Shown one piece after another: positions 47,775-57,550 of a stretch of 64,000 bases of DNA. Both the position numbers and the translations under genes were made by a program. Source of the DNA: Candidatus Caldarchaeum sp. (lineage in GTDB: Archaea > Thermoproteota > Nitrososphaeria_A > Caldarchaeales > Caldarchaeaceae); assembly GCA_038885755.1 (NCBI GenBank), contig JAVZZH010000001.1:453410-517409 (forward strand), given 5' to 3'. Every line of letters begins with the position of its first letter. Position 1 is the stretch's first letter. Below the pieces are notes generated by a model, which ran no database searches, was not told the origin of the DNA, and was given only the letters and a program-made list of their open reading frames with translations.

Positions 47775-48610
47775 CTCCTCAACACCCTCAGAACGCTCTC
47801 GACAGCGTCCTCCACGTCCAGCACCCGGTAGTCAACGCCGAGGTCCTCCAGCCTCTTCAGCACCGCCACGACTTGGGGAGCCGTTAGCGATGCCTTCTCT
47901 ATGAGGGAAAGGTCTGTGAGCACTTCATCGCACGGCCCGTCGGCTAGAACCATTCCACGGGAAAGAAGGACTACTCGAGGCTTCAGCTCGGCTACAAACT
48001 CTACGTCGTGGCTAGCCAAAACCACCGTCCTTCCCTGAGAGTTGAGCATCCTGATCATGTGCATCATCTTCTCCTTCTGGAGGCTGTCCTGCCCGATCGT
48101 CGGCTCATCCAAGCACACCACCGGAGGGCCCCACGCCATTATAATCGCCATGGCGAGGCGTTTCTTCTCCCCTCCGCTGAGAAGGAACGGCGACCTGTTC
48201 TCATAGTCTTCGAGCTCGAAGAACTTCAACGCCCACTCGACTCTCCGCCTGATCTTCTCCTCGCTGAAACCGAAGTTCTTCAGGGCGAACGCCATCTCGT
48301 CGTAGACTGAGGATTCGAAGAACATGTCTTCAGCGTTTTGGAAAACAAGGCCGACCTTCATGGAGATCTGGGCGACTGAGGCTTTTGAAGTATCTACTCC
48401 CTCGACCAACACTCTGCCCTTGGATGGCTTGAGTAGACCGTTCATGTGTTTGAGGAGAGTGGTTTTGCCGGAGCCGTTCTCACCCATCAAGGCTATCAGC
48501 TCCCCTTTCCTGAACTCGAGGTCTACGCCTCTCAACGCCTCAACCCCCGACGGATAAGTGTAGTGAACATTCTCAAAAACCACGGCCAATCCTACGCACC
48601 TCTTGTTCAA
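47771..48610 (-). CDS. ecfA2: ECF transporter ATPase component
   Basis: Walker A GENGSGKTT, signature LSGGEKKRLA and Walker B VVCLDEP. Confidence 0.85.
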   Translation of the reverse strand: MNKRCVGLAVVFENVHYTYPSGVEALRGVDLEFRKGELIALMGENGSGKTTLLKHMNGLLKPSKGRVLVEGVDTSKASVAQISMKVGLVFQNAEDMFFESSVYDEMAFALKNFGFSEEKIRRRVEWALKFFELEDYENRSPFLLSGGEKKRLAMAIIMAWGPPVVCLDEPTIGQDSLQKEKMMHMIRMLNSQGRTVVLASHDVEFVAELKPRVVLLSRGMVLADGPCDEVLTDLSLIEKASLTAPQVVAVLKRLEDLGVDYRVLDVEDAVESVLRVLRR

Positions 48611-49421
48611 ACTCCTCAGGGCTTACGCAGACCCTGCTCCATCCAGCCATCGCCTTCTTCATACCAGCGCTCAGCTTGACAACCTTCGGGATAGAAACGC
48701 CGTATAGATGAGGGTTGTGCTGCATGAAGAATTCCCGAGGTGGGCCGTCGTACACAACCTGCCCGTCTGAGACAACCAAGATCCTGCTGGCCCTCGCCAC
48801 AGCCAGGTCAACTCTGTGTTCTACCAGCAAAACAGTCAGCCCAAGCTTCTCACGGACGTAGTCAATCATTTTGAACAAGTTCATCGCGGACAAGGGGTCG
48901 AGGTAGGACGTAGGCTCATCCATGACGATTATCTTGGGCTGCATCGCCAGCACCGAGGCGATGGCGACCCTTTGCTGCTGGCCGCCGGAGAGCTCGAACG
49001 GAGACCTATCCCTCAGGTCTTCTATCCTCATGATCTGGAGGGCTTCGTCTACACGTTTTCTGATCTCGTCCCTTGGAAGCCCTAGGTTTTCGAGGGGGAA
49101 AGCTATGTCTGATTCGACGGATAGGGAGAAGAGCTGGTTGTGGGGGTTTTGGAAGACCATGCCGACGTGCTGAGAAAGGACGTGTATGGGGGTTTTGTCA
49201 GCTTCCAAGCCGTCGACGACCACCCTCCCCCGGTAGTCACCCTCGTAAAACTGCGGCACAAGCCCGTTGAGGCAGCGGCATAGAGTGGACTTGCCTCCCC
49301 CGCTAGGGCCCGCTATCAGCACAAACTCGCCGGCCTCCACCTGCAGGCTTACGTCAGTTAAAGCCGGCTTGGCTGCGCCCGCATACGTGAATGAAAGGTT
49401 TTCCACTTCAACAACCTTCAT
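48573..49421 (-). CDS. ecfA1: ECF transporter ATPase component
   Basis: Walker A GPSGGGKST, signature LSGGQQQRVA and Walker B IIVMDEP. Confidence 0.85.
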   Translation of the reverse strand: MKVVEVENLSFTYAGAAKPALTDVSLQVEAGEFVLIAGPSGGGKSTLCRCLNGLVPQFYEGDYRGRVVVDGLEADKTPIHVLSQHVGMVFQNPHNQLFSLSVESDIAFPLENLGLPRDEIRKRVDEALQIMRIEDLRDRSPFELSGGQQQRVAIASVLAMQPKIIVMDEPTSYLDPLSAMNLFKMIDYVREKLGLTVLLVEHRVDLAVARASRILVVSDGQVVYDGPPREFFMQHNPHLYGVSIPKVVKLSAGMKKAMAGWSRVCVSPEEFEQEVRRIGRGF

Positions 49422-49424
49422 CTC

Positions 49425-50432
49425 TCAATCGGCCAGCTCAACAGCGTTCACTCCCAGCAGCTTCGACAGAGCCTTGACAACCTCGTTAACCGCCTCCTCG
49501 GGGGTTGTCTTCAGGCTTACCCTAGCTGCTCCGGCATGGCCTCCGCCGTGGCCCTCGAACCGTCTGAGCAGATGCTTGACCAAGTCCTCGCCGAGGCTCA
49601 CGTTTGTGTATTTCTGGAAGTCGTAGGATGAGCGCATCGAAAGCACGCAGACACCATACTGGTAGGAGGCGACGACCGCCACGTGCGCCCCTGAGTTTAT
49701 CAACACACGTGCTACCGGGGAGAGATAGGCGCTGACGCTCGACGCAGCCAAGTACCATTCTCCAAGCCTGTAGACCACCGTTCTCCGCAAAGCCTTGAGC
49801 CGTGCTATCCTCTCAGCTTCCTCCATGCTAGGCTCGAGCAAGCCTATGAGCCTGCCCGGGTCGACGACCGCCAGCAGCTTGGCCGCCTTGCCCGACAACT
49901 CTCTGTCCGCTACGCTCAGCCTCACGGTATCGTAGTAGATACCTAGGAATAGTGCCTCCGCTTCCTTGCCCGAAACATCCATGCTCAAGTACTCCATGAG
50001 GTCGTAGACAATCTCAGCCGTCGCTAGATATTTTGGAGAGGTGAAGCAAGCGTCCTGCTTCTCCGCCCCGTCTGGAATGTGGTGGTCTATCGTGATTATC
50101 TTACTCCCCGAAGACAACACATCGTCCTTCAGCGGGCCTAGCTGGTTGAGAGAGCCGACGTCGACGAGCAGGTAGACGTCCGGACGTGATAGATAACTCT
50201 CTTTAAACCCTAGATGGTTCATGATGGCTTCTACGTGCGAAGACTTCTCCTCGGGTATCATGAAACCAGTCTCGAGCGATTCGTAGTTGTTAGTCAGCAG
50301 ACGGGAAAGGACGTATGATGAGCCGACGGAGTCGGCGTCTCCGCCCCAGTGGGAAAGTATCTGAACACGTTTAGACTTGGTTAGGTCGGCTAACGCTCTG
50401 TGGAGCTTCTTCATCATCAGCAGGTCTCTCAT
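49425..50432 (-). CDS. DHH/DHHA1 family phosphoesterase (NrnA-like)
   Basis: HWGGDADSVGS, VDVG, ITIDHH and GGGHAGAA (DHHA1). Confidence 0.8.
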   Translation of the reverse strand: MRDLLMMKKLHRALADLTKSKRVQILSHWGGDADSVGSSYVLSRLLTNNYESLETGFMIPEEKSSHVEAIMNHLGFKESYLSRPDVYLLVDVGSLNQLGPLKDDVLSSGSKIITIDHHIPDGAEKQDACFTSPKYLATAEIVYDLMEYLSMDVSGKEAEALFLGIYYDTVRLSVADRELSGKAAKLLAVVDPGRLIGLLEPSMEEAERIARLKALRRTVVYRLGEWYLAASSVSAYLSPVARVLINSGAHVAVVASYQYGVCVLSMRSSYDFQKYTNVSLGEDLVKHLLRRFEGHGGGHAGAARVSLKTTPEEAVNEVVKALSKLLGVNAVELAD

Positions 50433-50478
50433 CGCTCAGATTCATCGGTAAACAGCAGCTTTAAACCCTATTCAACGA

Positions 50479-50838
50479 CTACTGAGCCTGTCCTCCGGAG
50501 ATGAGCTTCTGAATTTCCTTCTGGAGCGTGTCTATCTGGCTCCTTGCCCGAGCCTCCTGCCTCTCCAGAACCTTGAGACGCGTGTCAGCGAGCTCTTTCC
50601 GCTCGTTGAGCTCCGCGAGCATCCTATCCTTGCTCGTCTGAATCAGGACAGGCCCTACGGCCTTGTAAAGAACAGCTCCGTCAGCCATCTTACCGACCTC
50701 TTCGATAGCAGTGCTGACCTCGGCCAGCTCGGCCTCCAGCCTCTGCTTCTCGTTCAACAGTAGCGCTAGGCTTTGCTGGAGCTGTTGAAGCCTCAGAATC
50801 TGCTGCTGCACGTTGGGGGGAAGCTCTCTACCCGACAT
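50479..50838 (-). CDS. pfdB: Prefoldin beta subunit
   Basis: 119 aa two-helix coiled coil with a central beta hairpin (AVLYKAVGPVLIQ). It sits in the conserved position in the superoperon. Confidence 0.8.
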   Translation of the reverse strand: MSGRELPPNVQQQILRLQQLQQSLALLLNEKQRLEAELAEVSTAIEEVGKMADGAVLYKAVGPVLIQTSKDRMLAELNERKELADTRLKVLERQEARARSQIDTLQKEIQKLISGGQAQ

Positions 50839-51082
50839 CGCTCACCGCCTCAAGCGTTTCGTAGGATGCTTTGAGAAGCCTTACAACCGTGTTCGACGCA
50901 GCCCTCGCAGCCACTATGTCTCGGGACTTTAGCACGACTCTTAAGCAGCCGCCGCCTGAATCTAACTCAACCAAGGACCTCCGCGTCCTCATGGAGGATG
51001 TTTCGGGCTTGACGCTTCCAGCCATTATCTCCGCGGCGTTTTCGTCCACGTAGACTTTCATCTCCAACTCCACCTCAGTCAT
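50828..51082 (-). CDS. pcc1: KEOPS subunit Pcc1-like protein
   Basis: 84 aa, with A..I..S..PE...R and LRVVLKSRDIVAARAASNTVVRLL resembling Pcc1. It lies between L37Ae and prefoldin beta. Confidence 0.55.
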   Translation of the reverse strand: MTEVELEMKVYVDENAAEIMAGSVKPETSSMRTRRSLVELDSGGGCLRVVLKSRDIVAARAASNTVVRLLKASYETLEAVSDVG

Positions 51083-51083
51083 C

Positions 51084-51296
51084 TCACTTCACGACCTTAG
51101 GCGTGTAGGCCTGTCCGGCGAACTTGAACCCGCATCCCCTACACTGCCAGACCCCGACGGAAACCCTCCTAACCTTCCTGGCCCCGCACCGGTCGCAGAC
51201 GTAGGCCGACCTAGCTGACCTAACCGCCTCAGCCCATCTCTTCCGCACCGTCGAACCATACCTAGCTCCAAGACCCTTAGCTATGCTACCCGGCAC
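51084..51296 (-). CDS. rpl37ae: 50S ribosomal protein L37Ae (eL43)
   Basis: GARYGSTVRKR and Zn ribbon CDRCG...CRGCG. Confidence 0.9.
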   Translation of the reverse strand: MPGSIAKGLGARYGSTVRKRWAEAVRSARSAYVCDRCGARKVRRVSVGVWQCRGCGFKFAGQAYTPKVVK

Positions 51297-52113
51297 GGCT
51301 CACCGCCTCCACAAGCTTCTTCCTAACCTCCGCCGACTTCACCATACCCAGCCTAACCATCTCCCTGAACATACTGACAGGTAATAAACCTGGCGAGCTC
51401 TTTTGAATCGCAGAAATAACTCCGTCAGAGTCGTACCCTATGGTGACTAGAGTGTCCGCGATCTCCTCCTCCGTTGGCAGAGGGTCGACGATTATCTTGT
51501 CCTTGATGAGCGCCATCGAGACGCTTACGGGAATGGTGCGTAGCGGGAGTTTCATTCTCTCGGCCGTGGGCTCGACACGTCCGTCGACAACCCTGTAGAC
51601 AGGTATGGTGCACGTCATCAGAGCGGCGACTGCGGAGAGAACGGCTGCGTCGAAGTAGTTTCCGTCGTAGTCAAGCACGTAGCAGTCTATGTAGATCATG
51701 TAGACCTTCTGCCCCTCAATCAACACGAGCTTCTCAACATCTATCGCACGGCTCTCCCTTATGCATCGGTCGACTATGCGGGACAGCTCGATGGCTCTCT
51801 CATCGGGCGGTCCTGCCTCGAACGTCTTCGAGGCTAAAGGCAGAAGCTCTGCGTTGACCGTGAAAACTCCCTCGTTCGGCCTGTCCGGGTAGGGGGTTCC
51901 AACTTCCACCTTTATTCCCGTGAGTATCTTCGTCTTGCCGAGCGAGACTATGGCTGAGCCGTCCGCCTTGTCGACGACGTGATGCGTTATCCTTATTTCC
52001 CTCAGCTGGTCGAGCGCTCTCTCGTCAATCCTCTTCCCTGTCTTGAGCAGGTCGTAGACCTTGTTCTTCATTATCTTTATGGCGTAGCCACGCTTCTCCA
52101 CGCCTAGGCTCAT
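51286..52113 (-). CDS. rrp42: Exosome complex component Rrp42
   Basis: RNase PH-like fold, 275 aa (R.DGR..DQLR, GSA.VSLG); third gene of rrp4-rrp41-rrp42. Confidence 0.85.
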   Translation of the reverse strand: MSLGVEKRGYAIKIMKNKVYDLLKTGKRIDERALDQLREIRITHHVVDKADGSAIVSLGKTKILTGIKVEVGTPYPDRPNEGVFTVNAELLPLASKTFEAGPPDERAIELSRIVDRCIRESRAIDVEKLVLIEGQKVYMIYIDCYVLDYDGNYFDAAVLSAVAALMTCTIPVYRVVDGRVEPTAERMKLPLRTIPVSVSMALIKDKIIVDPLPTEEEIADTLVTIGYDSDGVISAIQKSSPGLLPVSMFREMVRLGMVKSAEVRKKLVEAVSRAG

Positions 52114-52850
52114 GCTTCAAACCCCTCCGGCTCAACCCTGTACCTCCGCTTCAAAGCCTCGACCTGCATCTCTCTCAGCTTCTTAATCGCGGAAAGAGCC
52201 ATCTCAAACCCCCTGTCAACCTCGTCGGCCGTCATCCTTCCGTTCAGCTGGAGCAGTACGATGGAGTTGAGCTGAGTCGCCATGGCTATGGGCATGTCCG
52301 CCTCCCCATACTTGTCCTCTATCTCGTTGATGTCTAGGACGAGAGTGCCCTCCACCTTCCCCACGGCCGTGGCTGAGATGATGTCTGTCATTGGTATGCC
52401 GGCATCCGCGAGTGCGAGCGAGGCCGCCGTTATTCCGGCAGTCCTCGTACCGCCGTCAGCCTGGATAACCTCGACGAAGATGTCAACCATCATCCTAGGG
52501 AACTCCTCCAGCAATACGACTGTCTCCAAAGCCTCCCTTATGATCTTAGACAGCTCTATCTCCCTCCTAGTCATGCCGAGAGGCTTCCTCTCGTCAACGC
52601 TGAAAGAAGCCATGTGATACCTGCAGTTGAGAATGCCTCTGTCAGGCAGTTCGAGATGCTTGGGGTGAACCTCTCTAGGCCCAATCACTCCAGCGTATAT
52701 CCTAGTCCCCCCGACCTCCACGTAGGCCGAGCCGTCTGTCTTCTCAAGGACTCCCACCTCCATCTTCACGGGACGCAGCTCGTCAGGCCTACGTCCGTCA
52801 ACTCTCAAGCCGTTCTCGTCTATAAGCCTAGGTTTGTTCAACTGAACCAC
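52110..52850 (-). CDS. rrp41: Exosome complex exonuclease Rrp41
   Basis: [20 protein letters not shown] and QADGGTRTA. Confidence 0.9.
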   Translation of the reverse strand: MVQLNKPRLIDENGLRVDGRRPDELRPVKMEVGVLEKTDGSAYVEVGGTRIYAGVIGPREVHPKHLELPDRGILNCRYHMASFSVDERKPLGMTRREIELSKIIREALETVVLLEEFPRMMVDIFVEVIQADGGTRTAGITAASLALADAGIPMTDIISATAVGKVEGTLVLDINEIEDKYGEADMPIAMATQLNSIVLLQLNGRMTADEVDRGFEMALSAIKKLREMQVEALKRRYRVEPEGFEA

Positions 52851-53493
52851 CCTTCAGCCTTCGAAGCAGGTTAATAACCTTCTCCGTCAGGCCCGGCATG
52901 TGAGCCTCTCGCTCGACGAGGTTTATGGCCGAAACGGCGGCGAACTCGCTCTCCGGGTTGGGGCCGCTTACGACAACCAACCCGTTCCTGCCTACCCAGA
53001 AATCGCATCCAGACTCTTTCCTCAGGATTTGAACCATAGATCCTTTCCTGCCGATGAGCCGTGGAATCTTGGCGGGGTTGATCTTGACGAGGATGCCCGA
53101 GGGGATCTTCTGCAGCCCTTCCAGAGACAGCATCGTGCCCTTTATCCCCGCGGACTTGACTTCCGCGTATATGCAGTCTCCCACGTCTATCTTCAAAGGC
53201 GTTGTCTCCCTCTCGGGAGGCTTTATGACCGCTATGAGCTCGCCGCTAATGTCGACCTCGATGATGTTCGGCTTCACGTCCGAGACTATTCCAACGACTC
53301 TGTCTCCCTTCTGAGGCTTGTATCTTCCGCTCAGCGGAATTATCCTCACCACGTCGTTGAAAACCCTCACCAGCCCAGTCAGGGAGGCGTAAACCTTGCC
53401 GTCTCTCGTGTAAGTCCCGTAGCCGCTTCGCCTCCCGTTGTCGGCGAGAAGCTGACCCGGAACGACCAAGTCATTCTCGTTGAAGTACTGCAT
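52828..53493 (-). CDS. rrp4: Exosome RNA-binding subunit Rrp4 (S1 + KH)
   Basis: VVPGQ N-terminal domain, S1 domain (GDRVVGIV) and KH motif LIGRKGSM. Confidence 0.9.
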   Translation of the reverse strand: MQYFNENDLVVPGQLLADNGRRSGYGTYTRDGKVYASLTGLVRVFNDVVRIIPLSGRYKPQKGDRVVGIVSDVKPNIIEVDISGELIAVIKPPERETTPLKIDVGDCIYAEVKSAGIKGTMLSLEGLQKIPSGILVKINPAKIPRLIGRKGSMVQILRKESGCDFWVGRNGLVVVSGPNPESEFAAVSAINLVEREAHMPGLTEKVINLLRRLKGGSVEQT

Positions 53494-54192
53494 TCAGCTC
53501 ACCGGCCTTACCTCAACCCTTCCGCCGCAGAGCTTGTTGAGACGGTCTATCAAGTCTGCGTGAAGACCCGTAGGTATCTCGGCCACACATCTCCAGCTCC
53601 CGTCGCCGAGCCAGCCCTCCTCTATGATCGAGCCCGAGTTCTTGACCAAACCGTAGACCTTGCCCATGAACTCTCCCGCAACCCTAACCTCCACCTTCAT
53701 GTTTCCAATCTTCAAAGGCAGGATCCTCCGGAGCTTCTCGACAGCTTTCATGGCCTCCTGCTTAGCGTCGGCGAACGGGTCGACCGTCAACCCCACCTGC
53801 TCGAGGGCGAGCTCAATCCTTTGAGGCGGGTGGGGAGTGTTTGTGCGAGGGTCTATGGCGTTCCTAGAGATGAAATCGATGATCTGCCTCTTCTTATCCT
53901 CGATAAGCCTTCGACGCTGGTCGGCGGTGATCAAAACCTCTCCCTCGGAGACTATCCTCTCAGCTATCTGCTTCACGTCAACACCTCCGAAAGCCTTCCT
54001 GAGGTCTGACTCGGACGCCCGAATGCCCTTCTTCCAGTCCTTGAAGACCTCCTCGTAAACAAGCATCTTCGACACGGGGACCTTCTCACCCATTTTGTAG
54101 CGTAGAGCTAGGTCTGGGTCGACGAGGATCTCGAAAGTGGTCTCCCCTCTTCCGAGCCTGGCGATGGTGTATGTTTCCTTTTGCTTAGGCAT
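53494..54192 (-). CDS. sdo1: SBDS-family ribosome maturation protein
   Basis: ARL..G...FEILVDPD.A and RRLIEDKKRQII. Abuts the rrp4 start. Confidence 0.85.
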   Translation of the reverse strand: MPKQKETYTIARLGRGETTFEILVDPDLALRYKMGEKVPVSKMLVYEEVFKDWKKGIRASESDLRKAFGGVDVKQIAERIVSEGEVLITADQRRRLIEDKKRQIIDFISRNAIDPRTNTPHPPQRIELALEQVGLTVDPFADAKQEAMKAVEKLRRILPLKIGNMKVEVRVAGEFMGKVYGLVKNSGSIIEEGWLGDGSWRCVAEIPTGLHADLIDRLNKLCGGRVEVRPVS

Positions 54193-54204
54193 CGTCTAGC
54201 CCGT

Positions 54205-54939
54205 CTACTGCTTCTTCGACTTCAGCATCTCCGAAAGCATGGGCTGGAGCTTATCCTGCGGCGTCATCGTGTACTTCTTGGTCGATGAAGGAATCGTGAC
54301 TAGACGGACAGTCCAGCCCTCCTCGATTTTGTCGACAGACTCGACGAGGGCCCTCAAAGCCATTTCAACACCTTCCTTTAGAGACATGCTCCGCCGATAG
54401 TTGTTCTCGAAGATCTCCCGGACCTTCTCAGCACCTCTGCCGATGGCCCAAGCGTTGTACTCGAGGACAAGGCCGCTGGGCTCGACGTAGAACAGTTTAG
54501 GGCCTGTCTTGTCAACTCCTCCTATAAGCAGGGCTGTGCCGAAAGGCCTGACGCCTGCGTGCTGCGTGTAGATCTGCATTATGTCGCCGACTCTCCTCGC
54601 CACCGCCTCAACCAACGGCTCCTCGTCGTACGAAAGCCTTAGAGTCTGTGAGTAGACCCTTGCGTTGTCGACCAAGACCCGTGCGTCGGAGTTGAGCCCG
54701 GCCGTTGCCGCGCCTATGTGTTCGTCGATCTGGAATATCTTCCACGAAAAATCGGGGCTCTGGAGCTTAGTGTGCATACGCTCCTCCACCGCGAGGACCA
54801 CTCCCTCGTCTAGGACGAGCGAAAGCGCCGTAGAACCCGACCTTACAGTCTCCAGAGCGTACTCGACTTGGTATAGTCTTCCCTGCGGCGAGAAGACGGT
54901 GATGGCTCTGTCGTAAGCTCCAGTCATACCTAAAGCCAT
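54205..54939 (-). CDS. psmA: Proteasome subunit alpha
   Basis: YDRAITVFSPQGRLYQVEYA N-terminus. Confidence 0.95.
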   Translation of the reverse strand: MALGMTGAYDRAITVFSPQGRLYQVEYALETVRSGSTALSLVLDEGVVLAVEERMHTKLQSPDFSWKIFQIDEHIGAATAGLNSDARVLVDNARVYSQTLRLSYDEEPLVEAVARRVGDIMQIYTQHAGVRPFGTALLIGGVDKTGPKLFYVEPSGLVLEYNAWAIGRGAEKVREIFENNYRRSMSLKEGVEMALRALVESVDKIEEGWTVRLVTIPSSTKKYTMTPQDKLQPMLSEMLKSKKQ

Positions 54940-55052
54940 GCTTCAACGCACCTATGGTTTGAGTCCACGAGGGGATTAAATAAAGTTAGCGGAGGCAGTG
55001 GCTCGTCGAACAAACCTATATACGGCTTCGGATGGGGTGAGGGGGAAAGAGG

Positions 55053-55256
55053 TTGCCCTACTGCTACGAGTGCGGCGGCAGGCTTGTCTTCGACAGGGAC
55101 ACCAAGACCTACGTCTGCGAGGCTTGCGGCGCTACCTACACGTCTCAGGATCTTTTGGTCGAGAGGGAGAAGAGGTTCAACAGCAAGTTTGAGACGGACA
55201 AGCGTAGGAAGAAGCATCAGGAGTATCTGGAGTGGTGGCTTAGCTCTAAGAGTTGA
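55053..55256 (+). CDS. Small zinc-ribbon protein with basic tail
   Basis: CYECGG...CEACG followed by a K/R/E-rich helix; 67 aa. Confidence 0.55.
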   Translation: MPYCYECGGRLVFDRDTKTYVCEACGATYTSQDLLVEREKRFNSKFETDKRRKKHQEYLEWWLSSKS

Positions 55257-56568
55257 GAAGTTTCTGAAGAGACAGTCCAAGCCTCAAAACCCTCACGTCG
55301 TCCAGATAGTCTCCCACAATCTGGATCCCTGTGGGAAGCCCGTTGCAGGTGAAGCCGGATGGAATGCTCAGGGCTGGCGTTCCGTAGAGGTTGAAGAGCT
55401 CGGTGTTCCTTAATACGGCGGTCCTGACGTCGAAAGACTTCCCCTCCAGCTCGACTACCTCGTCCTCGATTCTGTGGGCTGGAATAATGGTCGTCGGGAG
55501 GATTAGGAAGTCGCATTCTTTGAAGATTTTCCGAAACATCGAGGCTAGTTTCTTCCTCGCCCGGAGTGCCGTGAGATATGCTGATGCGGGTATGGCAAGG
55601 CCGGCGGCTATGCGTTGCTTGACGTCCTCGCCGTAGAGGCTCATCTGGGCTCTGGAGATCTTCAGATGGTAGGCAGCCGCCTCCGAATGAACTATGATGA
55701 ACCTGCAACGAGCTGCCGCCTCAGGCTCTTCGACAAAAACCTCAACAACTCTGCATCCCTCCGACTGGGCTTTCGAGACGGCTGCCTCGAAGTTTCTCTC
55801 GACGTCTTCATGCAGGTAGTCGAGGAAATAGTTTCGCGGGATTCCCAGCCTTACCTTCTCAAGCCTGAGCGGTCTGATGTCGAGAGGTTCTGCGAAACGG
55901 TCTGACATCAACGATGTTAGGAGAGCTGCATCCCAGACGTTTTTCGTCAGCACCCCTACGTGGTCGAGAGACCAGCTCAAAGGGATCAGCCCTTTGGTGC
56001 TGAGCAGTCCTCTGGATGGCTTGAACCCGACTACGCCGCAGAACGACGCCGGAATTCTCACGGAGCCCGCGGTGTCCGTGCCTAAAGCTGCGTCGCACAT
56101 CCCTAGGCTTACGGCGACGGCTGAGCCTCCGCTGGAGCCTCCCGAAACCCTGGCCGTGTCGTAGGGGTTTAAACAGTCTCCGTAGTGCGGGTTTCTGTTC
56201 GAGACGCCGAACGCAAACTCGTGGAGGTTGGTTTTACCGTTGACCACTCCCCCATGCGCCACCAGCCTCTCAACCACGTAAGCCGTCGATTCCGAAACGT
56301 TTCGGCTCAGCAGCTTCGAGCCAGCTGTTGTCGGATATCCCCTGACGTGGAAAACATCCTTGACCGCTATGGTCGCGCCGCGTAGAGTCTTCCTCAGGAA
56401 CCCGCTTGACGCAAAGGGTTTCTCGAAGACGGTGATGTAGGCCTTGTAGCGGTCGTTGAGCTTTCTAATTGCATCGTACTGCCTCTCCCACCTTCTTCTG
56501 TAGTCATCGCCCTTCACGACTATAGGTTTGAGGCCGTTGCTAGAAGGGGGTTTCGTCATCATCCACAA
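55246..56568 (-). CDS. Amidase-signature family amidase (GatA-like)
   Basis: GGSSGGSAVAVSLG and GTDTAGSVRIPASFCGVVGFKPS. At 440 aa it is shorter than typical GatA. Confidence 0.8.
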   Translation of the reverse strand: MWMMTKPPSSNGLKPIVVKGDDYRRRWERQYDAIRKLNDRYKAYITVFEKPFASSGFLRKTLRGATIAVKDVFHVRGYPTTAGSKLLSRNVSESTAYVVERLVAHGGVVNGKTNLHEFAFGVSNRNPHYGDCLNPYDTARVSGGSSGGSAVAVSLGMCDAALGTDTAGSVRIPASFCGVVGFKPSRGLLSTKGLIPLSWSLDHVGVLTKNVWDAALLTSLMSDRFAEPLDIRPLRLEKVRLGIPRNYFLDYLHEDVERNFEAAVSKAQSEGCRVVEVFVEEPEAAARCRFIIVHSEAAAYHLKISRAQMSLYGEDVKQRIAAGLAIPASAYLTALRARKKLASMFRKIFKECDFLILPTTIIPAHRIEDEVVELEGKSFDVRTAVLRNTELFNLYGTPALSIPSGFTCNGLPTGIQIVGDYLDDVRVLRLGLSLQKLLNS

Positions 56569-56683
56569 CCTCCAGCAGCTTCTTCAGCTCCTCAACAGTC
56601 CTCGCTGCGGCGTCCTCCAGCGTGGCTGTATATTTATCACTGAGACCGACGAGCTCGGAAAGCCTTCTGAGTAGACTAGCCAT
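56540..56683 (-). CDS. Possible 47-aa ORF upstream of the amidase (weakly GatC-like)
   Basis: MASLLRRLSELVGLSDKYTATLEDAAARTVEELKKLLEVVDDDETPF. The longer 110-aa version runs into the divergent GTPase gene and looks spurious. Confidence 0.25.
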   Translation of the reverse strand: MASLLRRLSELVGLSDKYTATLEDAAARTVEELKKLLEVVDDDETPF

Positions 56684-56776
56684 GGAGAATGTGTGGATGC
56701 GGCGGAATATTTGTTCTATGTGGCGGCAAAGTCTAAATACCGTCTTAATCGAGATGTCGGTGGAGTTCTGACGTAA

Positions 56777-57550
56777 GTGATGAGCGGGATGCATGTGGCT
56801 TTCGTGGTTGGCACAGCGGGCTCGGGGAAGTCCTCGCTCACCGGAGCATTCGCCGAATGGCTGAGAGACCAAGAGCAGATAACGGCAACCGTAAACTTGG
56901 ACCCTGCCGCGCTTTCTCTTCCATACGACCCCGATGTCGACGTTAGGGAGTTCGTCGACTACGAGAGGGTGATGGCCTCCAGAAACCTAGGGCCCAACGG
57001 CGCGTTGATTGCCTCTGTCAGGGAGGCTGCGAGAAACATAGAGGACCTTGCGGCGGCTGTTGAGGAGACTAAGGCTGACTGGCTGATGGTTGATACTCCC
57101 GGCCAGCTTGAGTTGTTCGCTTTCAGGAAGGAGGGGAGGATAATTTCGCGAAAGCTCTGCGATGGTAAGAAGATGCTTCTCTTCTTGATGGACGCCGCGA
57201 TATGCTTCCATCCTAGGAACTACGCTGCATCGCTCTTCCTCTCCACCTCTACAGTAGTGTCGCTCGCCCTGCCGGCGATAAACGTCCTGAGCAAATGCGA
57301 CGCCATACCTGCTAGGTATTTGGCCCGGATTCTGAGATGGCACGAGTCTCCCGAAGCCTTCGACGCACATGCTTCCGGCTCCATGAACGAGCTTCAGAAA
57401 ACTCTATCCCGTGAAATCATCACGAGTGTCTGGGAGATTTCTAACAGCGTTCCTCTGATAGCTGTTTCTTCGAAGACTCTAGAGGGGTTCAGCGACTTGT
57501 TCGGAACTATGACTAGAGTTTACGGCGAGGGGGAGATGGAGCTGAGATGA
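56777..57550 (+). CDS. GPN-loop GTPase
   Basis: P-loop GTAGSGKSS, NLDPA, GPNGA and DTPGQLELF. The ATG at 56789 (MHVAFVVG) is the likely true start. Confidence 0.85.
   Translation: MMSGMHVAFVVGTAGSGKSSLTGAFAEWLRDQEQITATVNLDPAALSLPYDPDVDVREFVDYERVMASRNLGPNGALIASVREAARNIEDLAAAVEETKADWLMVDTPGQLELFAFRKEGRIISRKLCDGKKMLLFLMDAAICFHPRNYAASLFLSTSTVVSLALPAINVLSKCDAIPARYLARILRWHESPEAFDAHASGSMNELQKTLSREIITSVWEISNSVPLIAVSSKTLEGFSDLFGTMTRVYGEGEMELR

Noticed and set aside
52900-54009. 369-aa ORF on the plus strand
   Set aside because: It is antisense to rrp4 and the SBDS gene, both confidently identified. It has no motifs and a skewed composition.
56684-56872. N-terminal 63 codons of the 110-aa minus-strand ORF
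   Set aside because: It overlaps the start of the divergent GPN GTPase gene and has non-protein-like composition (H/R/C-rich). Only the distal 47-codon part was kept, and that only as a weak candidate.
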